Positions 19,237 to 29,920 are shown, counted from the stretch's first letter. The stretch is DNA of 64,000 nt from Candidatus Elarobacter sp. (GCA_036403315.1 DASWRD010000093.1:1514-65513); one strand, 5' to 3'. The notes: generated from the letters alone by a model not told the origin. Numbers and translations: made by a program.

Positions 19237-20438
19237 ACGGCCGGCGCGTGCTGCTCGGCGTGACGGGCGGGATCGCCGCGTACAAAGCGGCGTCGCTCGC
19301 GAGCCGGCTGGTGCAGGCGGGCGCCGTGCTCGACGTCGTGATGACCGCCGACGCGGAGCATTTCGTGGGCTCGGCGACGTTTGCGGCGCTCGCGCGGCGG
19401 CCGGTGTACACCGCGCTGTGGGAACGCGTGCACGAGATCCCGCACATCGCGCTCGCGCGCGAGAACGACGTCGTCGCGATCGTGCCCGCCACGGCGAACA
19501 CCATCGCGAAACTCGCGCTCGGCCTCGCCGACGATCTCCTCACCAACGTCGTGCTCGCGTCGCGCGCGCCGCTCGTCGTCGCGCCGGCGATGAACACCGC
19601 GATGCTCGAGCACGAAGCGACGCGCGCAAACATCGCGGCGCTGCGCGCGCGCGGCGCGACCATCGTCGAGCCCGAAGTCGGTTTCCTCGCCGAGCGCGAG
19701 CACGGCGCCGGGCGTCTCGCCGCGGAGGACGCGCTCGTCGCGGCGATCGAGGGCGCGCTGCGCCGCACGAACGAGCTCGCCGGCGAGCGCGTGCTGATCA
19801 CGGCGGGGCCGACGCGCGAGCCGATCGACCCGGTCCGCTTCATCTCCAATGCCGCAAGCGGCACGCAGGGGATCGAGCTCGCGCGCGAGGCGCTCGCGCG
19901 CGGCGCGCAGGTGGACCTCGTGCTCGGGCCGACGCCGCTTGCCGCGCCCGTCGGCGCGCGGACGACGCGCGTGACGACGGCCCGCGAGATGGATGCCGCG
20001 GTGCAAGAGCGCGCGCGCGACGCGACGATCGCGATCGCGACGGCCGCCGTCGCGGACTGGCGGCCGGCGACCGCGCACGAGCACAAGGTGAAGAAGACGG
20101 ACGAGCCGCAGTCGGTCGCGCTCGAGCGCAACCCCGACATCCTCGCGGGCCTGGGCGCGCGGAAAAACGGTTTGTTCTTGATCGGCTTCGCGGCCGAGAC
20201 GCAGGCGTTCGAAGCCAACGCCCGCGAGAAGCTGGCGCGCAAGCACCTCGACGCGATCGCCGTCAACGACGTCGGCGGCGAGCGCGGCTTCGGCGAATGC
20301 CCCAACGCGCTGGTGCTGTTGTGGGGGAGCGACGGCCGCAAGGACCTCGGCAGCGGCTCGAAGCGCGAGCTCGCGGCGCGCCTCTGGGACGCGATCGTCG
20401 CATTGAAAAAGGCCGCGCCCGGGGCGGAGCACCGTTAG
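19233..20438 (+). CDS. coaBC: phosphopantothenoylcysteine decarboxylase/ligase
   Basis: GVTGGIAAYK, PAMN, TAGPTREPIDPVRFISN, AAVAD, GFAAET. Confidence 0.96.
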   Translation: MNGRRVLLGVTGGIAAYKAASLASRLVQAGAVLDVVMTADAEHFVGSATFAALARRPVYTALWERVHEIPHIALARENDVVAIVPATANTIAKLALGLADDLLTNVVLASRAPLVVAPAMNTAMLEHEATRANIAALRARGATIVEPEVGFLAEREHGAGRLAAEDALVAAIEGALRRTNELAGERVLITAGPTREPIDPVRFISNAASGTQGIELAREALARGAQVDLVLGPTPLAAPVGARTTRVTTAREMDAAVQERARDATIAIATAAVADWRPATAHEHKVKKTDEPQSVALERNPDILAGLGARKNGLFLIGFAAETQAFEANAREKLARKHLDAIAVNDVGGERGFGECPNALVLLWGSDGRKDLGSGSKRELAARLWDAIVALKKAAPGAEHR

Positions 20439-20440
20439 CT

Positions 20441-21211
20441 TTGCTGCTTTGCATCGACGTCGGCAACACCGAGACCAAGCTGGGCGCGTTCGACGCATCC
20501 GGTGCGATCGTGGGAACGTGGCGCGTCACGACGGCGCGGCGCCGCACCGCCGACGAGTACGGCGTGCTGTTCGCGGCGTTCTTCTCGGCCGCGAAGTTCT
20601 CGATCGCCGACATCGAGTCGATCGTCGTGTCGTCGGTGGTGCCGGTGGTCGACCGCCCGCTGGGCGAAGGCTGCGAGAAATATTTCGGCGTGCGGCCGAC
20701 GCTGTTCACGGCCGCGAACCAGCGCTCCATCGTCATGAAGACGGATCGGCCCACCGAGGTCGGCAGCGATCTCGTGGCGGGCGCGATCGGCGCCGTGTCG
20801 TTCGTCGGCGCGCCCGCGGTCGTGATCAACTACGGCACCGCGACGACGTTCGGCGCGATCGGCGCGGACGGCGCGTATCTGGGCGTCGCCATCGCGACGG
20901 GATTGCAAGTCTCGCTCGACGCGCTCGTCGGGCGCACGGCGAAGCTGCCGCAGGTCGCGCTCGTCGCGCCCGGCACGCCGATCGGCCGCGACACGGTGAG
21001 CGCGATTCAGGCGGGGCTCGTGTACGGCGCGGTCGGCCAGACGGAAGAGCTCGTGCGGCGAATCCGAGGCCTGCTCGGCGCGAACGCGCGCGTGATAGCT
21101 TCGGGCGGGCTGGCATCGGTCGTCGCCGCGGAAACCTCGGTGATCGAGCGCGTCGAACCGCACCTCGTGCTGCAAGGATTGCGCGTGGATCACCTCAACG
21201 CGGCGCGCTGA
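20441..21211 (+). CDS. coaX: type III pantothenate kinase
   Basis: IDVGNT, SSVVP, GSD, GTATT, TAKLP, SGG; in operon with panC/coaBC. Confidence 0.93.
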   Translation: MLLCIDVGNTETKLGAFDASGAIVGTWRVTTARRRTADEYGVLFAAFFSAAKFSIADIESIVVSSVVPVVDRPLGEGCEKYFGVRPTLFTAANQRSIVMKTDRPTEVGSDLVAGAIGAVSFVGAPAVVINYGTATTFGAIGADGAYLGVAIATGLQVSLDALVGRTAKLPQVALVAPGTPIGRDTVSAIQAGLVYGAVGQTEELVRRIRGLLGANARVIASGGLASVVAAETSVIERVEPHLVLQGLRVDHLNAAR

Positions 21212-21294
21212 ACTATCTCCGTAGGAAATAGGAGGAGCGACCGCGCGGCCCGCGAAACGCGGGGCCTCAGCTCATCGTAAGGAGGCGGCTCTTC

Positions 21295-23346
21295 ATGCCC
21301 TTCGCTCGCTGGTTCGTCCGTTTGTCCGCGCTGGTCGCGGGGGTTGCCCTGATCGCCGGCGGCCGCGTGCCGCTCGGCGCCGCGCAGAGCCCGGTCGCGT
21401 CTGCGCTCGACGCGGCGAACCGGGACGCGACGTGTCCGGCGTGTCGCGACTTCTACCAGTTCGCCAACGGCGGCTGGCTCAAGACGCACCCGATTCCCGG
21501 CGACCACGCGGCGTGGAGCCACTGGGACGAGCTGGACGAGAGCAACCTGCAAGTGCTACGGCGCGGGCTCGAGACCGCGGCCGCGTCGCATGCCGCGCCG
21601 GGCTCGCGCGATCAAAAGCTCGGCGATCTCTACGCAGCGTGCACCGACGAGGACGCCATCGAAGCGAAGGGCGCGGCGCCGCTGCAGCCCGAGCTGTCGG
21701 CGATCGACGCCGCGCAGGATCTGCCGGCGCTGCTCACCGTCGTGGCGCGCGAGCACCGTTCCGGTGCCGCCAGCTCGTTCTTCGGGTACGGCTCGCAGCC
21801 CGATCCGAAGAACTCCGCGCGCACCATCGGCGATCTCGGCCAGGGCGGTTTGTCGCTGCCGGAGCGGGACTACTACACGCGCGCCGACGCGAAGTCCAAG
21901 CAGCTGCGCGACGACTTCAGCGCGCACGTCGCGCGCGAGCTGCACCTCGTGGGCGAGGACGCGGCCGCTGCGACCGCGGACGCGCAGACCGTCATGCGCG
22001 TCGAGACCGCGCTCGCGAGCGCATCGCTGCCCAAAGCGCAGCTGCGCGACCCGAAGCTCACGACCAACCCGTACACGGTCGCGAAGCTCGCGACGTTCGG
22101 CCCGACCATCTCCTGGCCGGCGTACTTCACGGCGATCGGCTCGTCGCAAGGTGCGCTCAACGTCGACGAGCCGTCGTTCTTCCGCAAGCTCGACGGCATC
22201 CTCGCGTCGACGCCGCTGCCGGATCTGAAGACCTACGTCAAATGGCATTACGTCGGCGCGAACGCGGGGGCGCTGTCCAAAGCGTTCGTCGATGAGAACT
22301 TCGCCTGGCGGAAGAAGCTGTTCGGTCTCAAGCAGCTCGAGCCGCGATGGAAGCGCTGCATCCGCACCGTCGACAACTCAATGGACGAGCTGCTGGGGCA
22401 GATGTTCGTGGCGCTGCGCTTCTCGCCGTCGGCGAAGTCGCACGCGCAGGCGATGGTGCGCAATCTGCGCGCCGCGTACCGCACCGACATCGCGGGTCTC
22501 GACTGGATGACGCCCGCCACCAAGCGGCGCGCGGAGACGAAGCTCACCGCGATCGTGCAGAAGATCGGCTATCCCGACACGTGGCGCGACTACTCCAAGC
22601 TGACCATCAAGCGCGACGACTACTTCAACGACTTGCAGCACGCGACCGCGTTCGCGGTCGCGCGCGACATCGCGAAGATCGGCAAGCCGACGGACCGCAC
22701 CGAGTGGGGGCTGCCGCCACAGCTGATCAACGCGCTGTACAGCCCGACCACCAACGACATCACCTTCCCCGCGGCGATCCTGCTGCCGCCGTTCTACGCC
22801 GAGACCAGCGACGACGCGGTCAACTACGGCGCGATCGGCGCGGTGATCGGGCACGAGATGACGCACGGCTTCGACGACCAGGGCCGCCAGTACGACCAGG
22901 TCGGAAACTTGCACGAGTGGTGGACGCCTGCGGACGCCAAGCAGTTCACCACACGCGCGGCGTGCGTGACCAAGCAGTACGGCCGCATGGAAGCGGCGCC
23001 CGGCGTGCTGCAGAACGGTCCGCTGGTGACCGGCGAGTCCATCGCCGACCTCGGCGGGCTGCGCATCGCGTACAACGCGTACGAACGGTCGCTGGCGGGC
23101 AAGCCGCGCCGCACGATCAACGGCTACACGCCCGAGCAGCGCTTCTTCCTGGCGTTCGCGACGGTCTGGGCGGAGAACGACACGCCGGAGCTCGCGCGGT
23201 TCTTGGGCCAGAGCAACGAGCACCCCGTCGCGCGCAACCGCGTGATCGGCACGCTGATCAACATGCCGGAGTTCGCCAAGGCGTTCGGCTGCACGGCGCG
23301 CGACAAGATGGTCAAGCCGGTCGCGATGCTGTGCCGGATCTGGTGA
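21295..23346 (+). CDS. M13 family metallopeptidase, secreted
   Basis: DFYQFANGGW, NALY, GHEMTHGFDD (HExxH), GESIADLGG. Confidence 0.95.
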   Translation: MPFARWFVRLSALVAGVALIAGGRVPLGAAQSPVASALDAANRDATCPACRDFYQFANGGWLKTHPIPGDHAAWSHWDELDESNLQVLRRGLETAAASHAAPGSRDQKLGDLYAACTDEDAIEAKGAAPLQPELSAIDAAQDLPALLTVVAREHRSGAASSFFGYGSQPDPKNSARTIGDLGQGGLSLPERDYYTRADAKSKQLRDDFSAHVARELHLVGEDAAAATADAQTVMRVETALASASLPKAQLRDPKLTTNPYTVAKLATFGPTISWPAYFTAIGSSQGALNVDEPSFFRKLDGILASTPLPDLKTYVKWHYVGANAGALSKAFVDENFAWRKKLFGLKQLEPRWKRCIRTVDNSMDELLGQMFVALRFSPSAKSHAQAMVRNLRAAYRTDIAGLDWMTPATKRRAETKLTAIVQKIGYPDTWRDYSKLTIKRDDYFNDLQHATAFAVARDIAKIGKPTDRTEWGLPPQLINALYSPTTNDITFPAAILLPPFYAETSDDAVNYGAIGAVIGHEMTHGFDDQGRQYDQVGNLHEWWTPADAKQFTTRAACVTKQYGRMEAAPGVLQNGPLVTGESIADLGGLRIAYNAYERSLAGKPRRTINGYTPEQRFFLAFATVWAENDTPELARFLGQSNEHPVARNRVIGTLINMPEFAKAFGCTARDKMVKPVAMLCRIW

Positions 23347-23452
23347 CATGACGCAGGCGGCTGCTCGCTAGCGATCGGGGCGGTAGCGAGCGGCGCCCGC
23401 ACGCGGCAGGCTCCCGGGTCCGTTCGGCTTGCGCGTGGTACACTCTCTCGTC

Positions 23453-24460
23453 GTGACCCGTATCGTCCCGCCGCTTCGGATCGGCCCCATCGAGGTCTGG
23501 CCCCCCATCGTGCTCGCGCCGATGTCGGGGGTGACGAACCGCACCCTGCGCGCGCTCTACAAGCCGTTCGGGTTCGGGCTGACCGTGACGGAGTTCGTGT
23601 CGTCGAACGCGCTGCAGTACGGCAACAAGCGCACGATGGAGATGATCGACCAGCACGGCGTCGAGAAGCCGGTCTCCACGCAGCTCTGGGGCAACGACCC
23701 GGCGCTGATGGCGCTCGCCGCCAAGGTCGTGCGCGAGTGCGGCGCCGACATCGTGGACATCAACTTCGGCTGCCCCGCGCCCAAGGTCACCAAGACCGAG
23801 GGCGGCAGCGCGTGCTTGCGCGACGTCGACCGCTGCGAAGCGATCATGCGCGCGGTCGTGGGCGCCGTCGACTGCCCGGTGACGATGAAGATGCGCCTCG
23901 GCTGGACCGAGGACGACCTCGTGTTCGTGGAGGTCGCGAAGCGCGCGCAAGCCGCGGGCGTGCAGGCGCTGACGCTGCACGCGCGCACCGCGAAGCAGTT
24001 CTACAAAGGCAGCGCCGACTGGTCGAAGATCGCGGAGCTCAAGCGCGCCGTGGACATCCCCGTGATCGGCAACGGCGACTTGACCGATCCGCACGAAGCG
24101 CTGCGCCGCATGCGCGACAGCGGCGTAGACGCGGTGATGCTCGGGCGCGCGACGCTGGGCAACCCGTGGCTCGTGTCGCGCCTGCGCGCGCTCATGGAAG
24201 GGCGCGAGCCGCACGCGACGCCCGACGCGCCGGACCGGCTGCGGTTCGCCGTGCACCACTACGAGACGATGGTCGCCGAGTGGGGCGAACCGCGCGCCGT
24301 GCCGCAGATGCGCAAGCACCTCGGCTATTATCTCAAAGGCTTCCCGGGCGCGAGCGCGCTGCGCGAGCGGCTGATGCGCACGGAGACCGCTGCGGAGACG
24401 CTCGCCGTGATCCACGACACGATCGCGCAGCTCGAATCGCGCGAGCTCGCCGTCGCGTGA
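23453..24460 (+). CDS. dusB: tRNA-dihydrouridine synthase
   Basis: LAPMSG, DINFGCP, TMKMRLG, HART, VIGNGD, MLGR..LGNPW. Confidence 0.92.
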   Translation: MTRIVPPLRIGPIEVWPPIVLAPMSGVTNRTLRALYKPFGFGLTVTEFVSSNALQYGNKRTMEMIDQHGVEKPVSTQLWGNDPALMALAAKVVRECGADIVDINFGCPAPKVTKTEGGSACLRDVDRCEAIMRAVVGAVDCPVTMKMRLGWTEDDLVFVEVAKRAQAAGVQALTLHARTAKQFYKGSADWSKIAELKRAVDIPVIGNGDLTDPHEALRRMRDSGVDAVMLGRATLGNPWLVSRLRALMEGREPHATPDAPDRLRFAVHHYETMVAEWGEPRAVPQMRKHLGYYLKGFPGASALRERLMRTETAAETLAVIHDTIAQLESRELAVA

Positions 24461-25779
24461 TCCCCGCAACGCACGACGAGCTGTATGGCGCGGCTTCGCC
24501 CGCGGCCCTGTACGACGAAGTCTACGAGAACTACCGCGCGCACCTGAACCCGCCGCTCGCGCGGGTGATGAAGCTGTCCGGTTCGCCGATCGAGGTGCGC
24601 GCGCAAGGCTGCACGATCACCGACCACACCGGCAAGACGTATCTCGACTTCGCCGGCGGCTACGGCGTGTTCACACTGGGGCACCGCCACCCGCGCGTCG
24701 TCGCGGCGGTGAAAGACCAGCTCGACCGCATGGCGCTGTCGGGGCGCACGATGTTCAACCCGCTGATGGGGCGGCTCGCGAAGCGGCTCGCCGATCTGGC
24801 GCCCGGCGATCTGTCGATCGCGTTCTTCGCCAACAGCGGCACCGAGGCGGTGGAGGGCGCGCTCAAGCTTGCGCGCGCCGCGACGAAGCGCCCGGCCATC
24901 GTCGCGACGGACGGCGCGTTCCACGGCAAGACGCTCGGTGCGCTGTCCGCGAGCGGGCGCGATGCGTTCCGCGAGCCGTTTGCGCCGCTGCTCGCGGACG
25001 TGCGCCGCGTGCCGTTCGGCGACGCGCGCGCGCTGCGAGCCGTCGTCGACGACGCCGTCGCGGCGGTGATCGTCGAGCCGGTGCAGGGCGAGGGCGGCGT
25101 GAACCTGCCGCCGGACGGCTACCTGCGCGACGTGCGCGCGATCTGCGACGCGAGCGGCGCCGTGATGATCGCCGACGAGGTGCAGACGGGGCTCGGGCGC
25201 TGCGGCGCGCTGTTCGCGTGCGACCGCGAGGATGTCGTCCCCGACGTGATCGCGCTCGCGAAAGGCTTGTCCGGCGGCGTGATCCCGATCGGGGCGTACG
25301 TCGCGCGGCCGTCCGTCTGGAACGCGGCGTACGCGAAGCAGCCGCTGCTGCACACGTCCACGTTCGGCGGCAACGAGCTGGCGTGCGCGGCCGCGCTCGC
25401 GGCGCTCGACGTGCTGCACGACGAAGATCTCGTCGCGAACGCGCGCGCGCGCGGCGCGGAGCTTCTCGCCGGTGCGCGCGCGACGATGGCGCGCCACCCT
25501 GCGGTGATCGCGGACGTGCGCGGCGCGGGCCTGCTGGTCGGCGTCGAGCTGCGCAGCGAGGGCTACGGCGGCACGATCATCCCGGAGCTGCTCAAGCGCG
25601 GCGTCACGGCGGCCTGGACGCTCAACCAGCAGCGCGTGATTCGCCTCGAACCGCCGCTGATCGTCACCGCCGAGGAAATCGACGTCGCGCTGCGCGCGTT
25701 CGATGCGGCGGTCGCGGCGGCGTTCGACAGGCTCGGAACGCTGGTCCCGATGTCCGACACGCCCGAAAAGCAGCCGTAG
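24457..25779 (+). CDS. class III PLP aminotransferase
   Basis: YLDFAGGYG, NSGTEAVEGALK, FHGKT, EPVQGEGG, DEVQTGLGR, AKGLSGG, HTSTFGGN. Confidence 0.92.
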   Translation: MIPATHDELYGAASPAALYDEVYENYRAHLNPPLARVMKLSGSPIEVRAQGCTITDHTGKTYLDFAGGYGVFTLGHRHPRVVAAVKDQLDRMALSGRTMFNPLMGRLAKRLADLAPGDLSIAFFANSGTEAVEGALKLARAATKRPAIVATDGAFHGKTLGALSASGRDAFREPFAPLLADVRRVPFGDARALRAVVDDAVAAVIVEPVQGEGGVNLPPDGYLRDVRAICDASGAVMIADEVQTGLGRCGALFACDREDVVPDVIALAKGLSGGVIPIGAYVARPSVWNAAYAKQPLLHTSTFGGNELACAAALAALDVLHDEDLVANARARGAELLAGARATMARHPAVIADVRGAGLLVGVELRSEGYGGTIIPELLKRGVTAAWTLNQQRVIRLEPPLIVTAEEIDVALRAFDAAVAAAFDRLGTLVPMSDTPEKQP

Positions 25780-26246
25780 TGCCGTACGTCGAGTGCACGA
25801 TCGACGTCGCCGCCCCGGCCGCGACGGTGTACGACCTTGCGAAGGAGCAGGAGCGCTTCCCCGACTTCATGCCGGACGTCGAGACGGTCGTCGTGCTGGA
25901 GCGTCATCCCGATCACGTGATCACGCGCTGGAAGACGCTGGTGGAGGACGCGCCGATCGAGTGGACGGAGAACGATCGCTTCGACGACGCGCGCCTGCGC
26001 ATCGATTACGCGCTGATCGAGGGCGACCTCGACACGTTCGAAGGCGCATGGACGTTCGAGCAGCTCGGCGACGTGACGCGCGTGGTGCTCAGCGTCGAGT
26101 ACGACTTCGGCGTGCCGACGCTGGCCGAGCTGATCGGCCCGACGCTGGAGAAAAAAGTGCGCGAGAACTCCGACATGATGCTCGCGGCGCTCAAAGCCGA
26201 GGCGGAATCACGGACGGCCCCGCAGTCGGCGCACGGTATGCGCTGA
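25779..26246 (+). CDS. SRPBCC/START (polyketide cyclase-like) lipid-binding protein
   Basis: E.FPDFMPDV, W.E.D, EGD...FEG.W pattern; start overlaps aminotransferase stop. Confidence 0.85.
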   Translation: MPYVECTIDVAAPAATVYDLAKEQERFPDFMPDVETVVVLERHPDHVITRWKTLVEDAPIEWTENDRFDDARLRIDYALIEGDLDTFEGAWTFEQLGDVTRVVLSVEYDFGVPTLAELIGPTLEKKVRENSDMMLAALKAEAESRTAPQSAHGMR

Positions 26247-27255
26247 ATCGGGCTGCCGTCGATACCGCGCGCGGCGGGATCGCCGCGTGCAGCAGCTCGA
26301 CGGTTCGGAGCAGCTCTTCGGCGTAGCCCGGCTCCTCGAGGCGCGCCGCGTCGAATGCGAGCCCGCGCACGGGGAACGACGCGCGTTCCAGCGCGTCGAG
26401 CAGCACCGGTGCTTTGACCGCGCGGTCTGCGAGCGCGCGCAGGCGCTGCAGCGCGTCTTCCAGCTTCACGACCTCGGTGCGGTATGCGGCGTACTTTGCC
26501 GATTCGGCGGCGGCGCGGTCGCGGATCGTGGGCCAGCGCTCGTCGCGAAAGCGCACGACCTCGGCGTTGCCGCGCTCGGTGAAGCGCCGTTTGCGCGCCG
26601 CGATCAGGCGGTGCTCCTCTTGGTCGGCGAACCGCGGGCCCTTCGCTTTCGCGCGCAGCAGCTCGGCGTGCTCCTGCGCCGTGAAGTCCGTCTCGACGGC
26701 GATGCGGTCGCTGATCGCGGCGAGCTCCTCGCGCCAAATGTCTTCGACCGCGGGCGGCTCGTTGAGCGCGCCGAGCTGGCTGCGCCGCGCCGCCAGCACA
26801 TCGCGCCGCGCGTCGAGCAATCCGCGCAGCCGCGCCACGCCGCCGCGCAGCGTCGCGATCCACGCCGTGTCGGCGGGCGCGCCGGGGTCGTCGAAGCGCA
26901 CGTCGATGCCGAGGCCGAGCGGCTCGATCTCGACGAACCGCCATTGCCCCGGGTCCGCGCCGGGTAGCACGCGCAGGCGGCAGCCGGTGGGCGGCGGGGG
27001 ACCGGTGTGGCGGAACACCGCGAACGCTTCGTTCGTGTCGACGCCGAGCAGCGTCGTGCGCTCGTCGAACACGCGCGCAAACGCGACGATCCCGCCGTAT
27101 GACGTCTCGCCCCACACCGGCTCGTCGACGTCGTCGTAGCGCCGGCTCCACAGCACCGCCCATAGCGCGTCGTGCGCCTCCGCGGCGGCCGCGTGATCGC
27201 GCGTCAGCTTGTCGATGACGGCTCGGACGCTGGAGCGGCGGTACCGGTTCGTCAC
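26191..27255 (-). CDS. hypothetical protein with coiled-coil C-terminal half
   Basis: 354-aa ORF with typical codon usage; convergent overlap with SRPBCC gene. Confidence 0.65.
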   Translation of the reverse strand: MTNRYRRSSVRAVIDKLTRDHAAAAEAHDALWAVLWSRRYDDVDEPVWGETSYGGIVAFARVFDERTTLLGVDTNEAFAVFRHTGPPPPTGCRLRVLPGADPGQWRFVEIEPLGLGIDVRFDDPGAPADTAWIATLRGGVARLRGLLDARRDVLAARRSQLGALNEPPAVEDIWREELAAISDRIAVETDFTAQEHAELLRAKAKGPRFADQEEHRLIAARKRRFTERGNAEVVRFRDERWPTIRDRAAAESAKYAAYRTEVVKLEDALQRLRALADRAVKAPVLLDALERASFPVRGLAFDAARLEEPGYAEELLRTVELLHAAIPPRAVSTAARFSAYRAPTAGPSVIPPRL

Positions 27256-27312
27256 GGTCGCTGCGCTTTCTTCGGACGCGGGCGGTCCCGTTTCACCCGC
27301 GTCCTTCGCTCC

Positions 27313-27981
27313 CTAGTCGGGCTTCGCGAACGCTACGATCGTGTTCTCGCCGCGGCAGTTCGTCCAGAACTTCGTGCCGTCGAAGCCGAGGCTGCGCGCC
27401 GCGAACGGGATCGACGCCAGCTCGTGGACCTCGGGCTCTTCCTTGCGCGCGTCCAAACAGAGCAGCCGGTAGTCGTCGATCTCGCGGCTCTCCGTCGTCA
27501 CGAGGTAGAAGCGCCCCGCGACGACGACCATGCCGGTGATCTGGCGCGGAACGGGGATCGTTCGCAGCACCTTGCCGACGTCGTCGAGTTCGAGGATCAC
27601 TTGCGCGTCGCGCTGGCTCAAGTACAGCCGGTCGCCGTCGTACGCCAGGAACGAACCGGTGCCGCCGGGGCACGGGATCGCGTCGGACTTGAAATCCTTG
27701 CCCATGATGTAGCGTCGTATGAAACGGTCGTCGGTACCGCCGTCTTCGGCGTCGCCGACCACGACGCGCAGCGCGTCGCCGGTGACCGTCAGCCCGAACG
27801 GCCTGCCCGGTGCGGTCGCCTCTTCGAAAACACGGCCCTGCATTGCGACCAAACCGTAGATCCGGCAGGTCTCGTAGGAGCCGATCCAGAGATCCGGCCC
27901 GTCACACGCGAGCCCCATCGGCGAGGGGCAGGGGGCGGGGATCCGGAGGAGCTCATCGATGGTCGAGAGCGTCTGATTCAT
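27313..27981 (-). CDS. beta-propeller protein (glutaminyl-cyclase/YncE-like)
   Basis: Repeated blades GLACDG.DLW, GLTV.GD.L, LAYDGD.LY, LGFDG.KFW. Confidence 0.65.
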   Translation of the reverse strand: MNQTLSTIDELLRIPAPCPSPMGLACDGPDLWIGSYETCRIYGLVAMQGRVFEEATAPGRPFGLTVTGDALRVVVGDAEDGGTDDRFIRRYIMGKDFKSDAIPCPGGTGSFLAYDGDRLYLSQRDAQVILELDDVGKVLRTIPVPRQITGMVVVAGRFYLVTTESREIDDYRLLCLDARKEEPEVHELASIPFAARSLGFDGTKFWTNCRGENTIVAFAKPD

Positions 27982-28048
27982 GCGCCGCTCCCCTTCCCCC
28001 AACGGCCCGCGGGCTCCCGGCGGCGAAGGAGCGAATCGGGGTCCCGGG

Positions 28049-29158
28049 ATGCCCAAGTTCTGCTTCGTGATCCACCCGCTCTCGTTCGAGGATGTCGTGC
28101 GCTACGAGCCCGGCGCCAAGGGCAAGGGCAAGCCCATCATCGCCAAGATCCTCGAGTGGATGCCGGCGTGGAACGCGGCACATGTGACGGGGGTCCGGAC
28201 GCCGGACGGGCGCGAGACCGAGGGCTGGTTCGTCGCCGCCGGTTTGCTGCCGGAGCAGATGCTGGAGCTGCCGCGCGAGCAGGTGTACGACCGCATCCTC
28301 AAAGCGATCCAGCTCGGCGTCGACCTGGGCGCAGAGGTCGCGGGGCTGGGCGCGTTCACCGGCGTCGTCGGCGACGGCGGCGTGACGATCAACGAGCGTT
28401 CGCCGATCCCCGTGACGACCGGCAACTCCCTCACGATCGCCGCCGGCGTGCGCAGCTTGTTCCGCGGCGCGGACGAGATGGGGATCGATGCGTCGCGCGC
28501 GACCGCGGTGGTGGTCGGCGCGACCGGCTCGATCGGGGGCGCCTGCGTGGAGCTGATCGCGCCGCACGTCGCGCACGTGATCCTGGTCGCGCGCAACGAG
28601 ACGCGCTTGCGCAAGTTTCACGAGGGCATTCGCGAGAAGCTGCCGTGCGCGTCGTCGTACACGACCGAGATCGGCGCGGCGGTGCAGCGCGCCGACCTCG
28701 TGCTGACGGCGACGTCGTCGGTGCAGGACGTGATCGAGCCCGAAGACTTGCGCACCGGCGCGGTCGTGTGCGAGCTGTCGCTGCCGCACGACGTCAGCCG
28801 GCGCGTTGCGAGCGAACGGCCCGACGTGCTCGTCGTGGAAGGCGGCAACATGCGCGTGCCCGGCGACATGCGCTGGTGGCGCGTGCGCGAGCCCGGCGAG
28901 ACGTTCGACATGGGACTGCCGCAGGGGACGGCGCTCGCGTGCATGTCGGAGACGATGCTGCTCGCGCTGGAGAACCGCTGCGAACCGTACACGCTGGGCC
29001 GCGGGATCGACGTCGCGAAGGTGCGCGAGATCGACGACCTCGCGGCGCGCGCCGGTTTCCAGCTCGCCGACATGCGCGCGTTCGACCTGCCGATCACGCG
29101 CGAACACATCGCGCGCACCCGCGCCGCGGCGGAAGAACGCCGCGCGGCCTCCGCATGA
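28049..29158 (+). CDS. acyl-ACP/CoA reductase-like NAD(P)-binding protein (COG5322-like)
   Basis: GLGAFT, PVTTGNSLT, VVGATGSIG, ALACMSETMLLALE (putative catalytic Cys), resembling cyanobacterial acyl-ACP reductase. Confidence 0.8.
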   Translation: MPKFCFVIHPLSFEDVVRYEPGAKGKGKPIIAKILEWMPAWNAAHVTGVRTPDGRETEGWFVAAGLLPEQMLELPREQVYDRILKAIQLGVDLGAEVAGLGAFTGVVGDGGVTINERSPIPVTTGNSLTIAAGVRSLFRGADEMGIDASRATAVVVGATGSIGGACVELIAPHVAHVILVARNETRLRKFHEGIREKLPCASSYTTEIGAAVQRADLVLTATSSVQDVIEPEDLRTGAVVCELSLPHDVSRRVASERPDVLVVEGGNMRVPGDMRWWRVREPGETFDMGLPQGTALACMSETMLLALENRCEPYTLGRGIDVAKVREIDDLAARAGFQLADMRAFDLPITREHIARTRAAAEERRAASA

Positions 29159-29634
29159 ACGTTCGCCCGCACCGCTACGCCGCGCACGTGCGCTGGACCG
29201 GTTGCGCATCGGGGCCGGCGCTCGACTACGCGACGTACTCGCGCGAGTACGTCGTGGAGATCGACGGGAAGCCGCCGCTGCGCGGCTCGGCGGACGTGCA
29301 CTTTCGCGGTGACCGGGCACTGCACAATCCGGAGGACTTGCTGGTGGCTGCGCTTTCCGCGTGCCATCTGCTTTCGTACCTCGCGGAATGCTCGCGCGCC
29401 GGGATCGCGGTTGTCGCCTACGAGGATGACGCCGGCGGCGAGATGACGCTGATCGACGGGAAAATCCGCTTTCGCGAGGTGATGCTGCGGCCGCGCGTCG
29501 CGATTGCCGATCCGGCGCGCATCGACGAGGCCGTTGCATTGCACGAGCGCGCGCACGCAGAGTGCTTCATCGCGAACAGCGTGAACTTTCCCGTCCGCCA
29601 CGAAGCGACCGTGACGAGCGCGCAACCGGCGTGA
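29155..29634 (+). CDS. OsmC/Ohr family protein
   Basis: NPEDLLVAALSACH.L, AH..CFIANSV. Confidence 0.92.
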   Translation: MNVRPHRYAAHVRWTGCASGPALDYATYSREYVVEIDGKPPLRGSADVHFRGDRALHNPEDLLVAALSACHLLSYLAECSRAGIAVVAYEDDAGGEMTLIDGKIRFREVMLRPRVAIADPARIDEAVALHERAHAECFIANSVNFPVRHEATVTSAQPA

Positions 29635-29806
29635 GCAGCATGGAAAAGACGCTGCGAGCGCAGAGTCTTGCAACGCGACGCCCACAGCGTGAGAGCTCCC
29701 CATCACTCGACGGACTGACAGCTCCGCCGAACGTCGACAACCTCTCGTTAGGACAGGTATCACCCGGCCAGTTCGCAGCGCAATACCTAACTCTCGAGCT
29801 TGGCCG

Positions 29807-29850
29807 AAAAGAAAAGGCGACGGGCACCGCGTTCGATGAACGCGATGCCC
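29807..29850 (-). terminator. terminator-like stem, repeat unit 1
   Basis: 13-bp stem GGGCATCGCGTTC/GAACGCGGTGCCC (one U.G on minus strand), then GTCGCC and TTTTCTTTT. Confidence 0.6.
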
Positions 29851-29920
29851 GCGACGGTGTAACGAGTGGGCTTGACAACACCATCTTATCACACCGCAAC
29901 CGGCGCCGCAAACGCCGGGC

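Noticed and set aside
21295-23346. M13 peptidase as the lanthipeptide leader protease
   Set aside because: Separated from the cluster by the CoA operon, on the other strand, and a common stand-alone enzyme.
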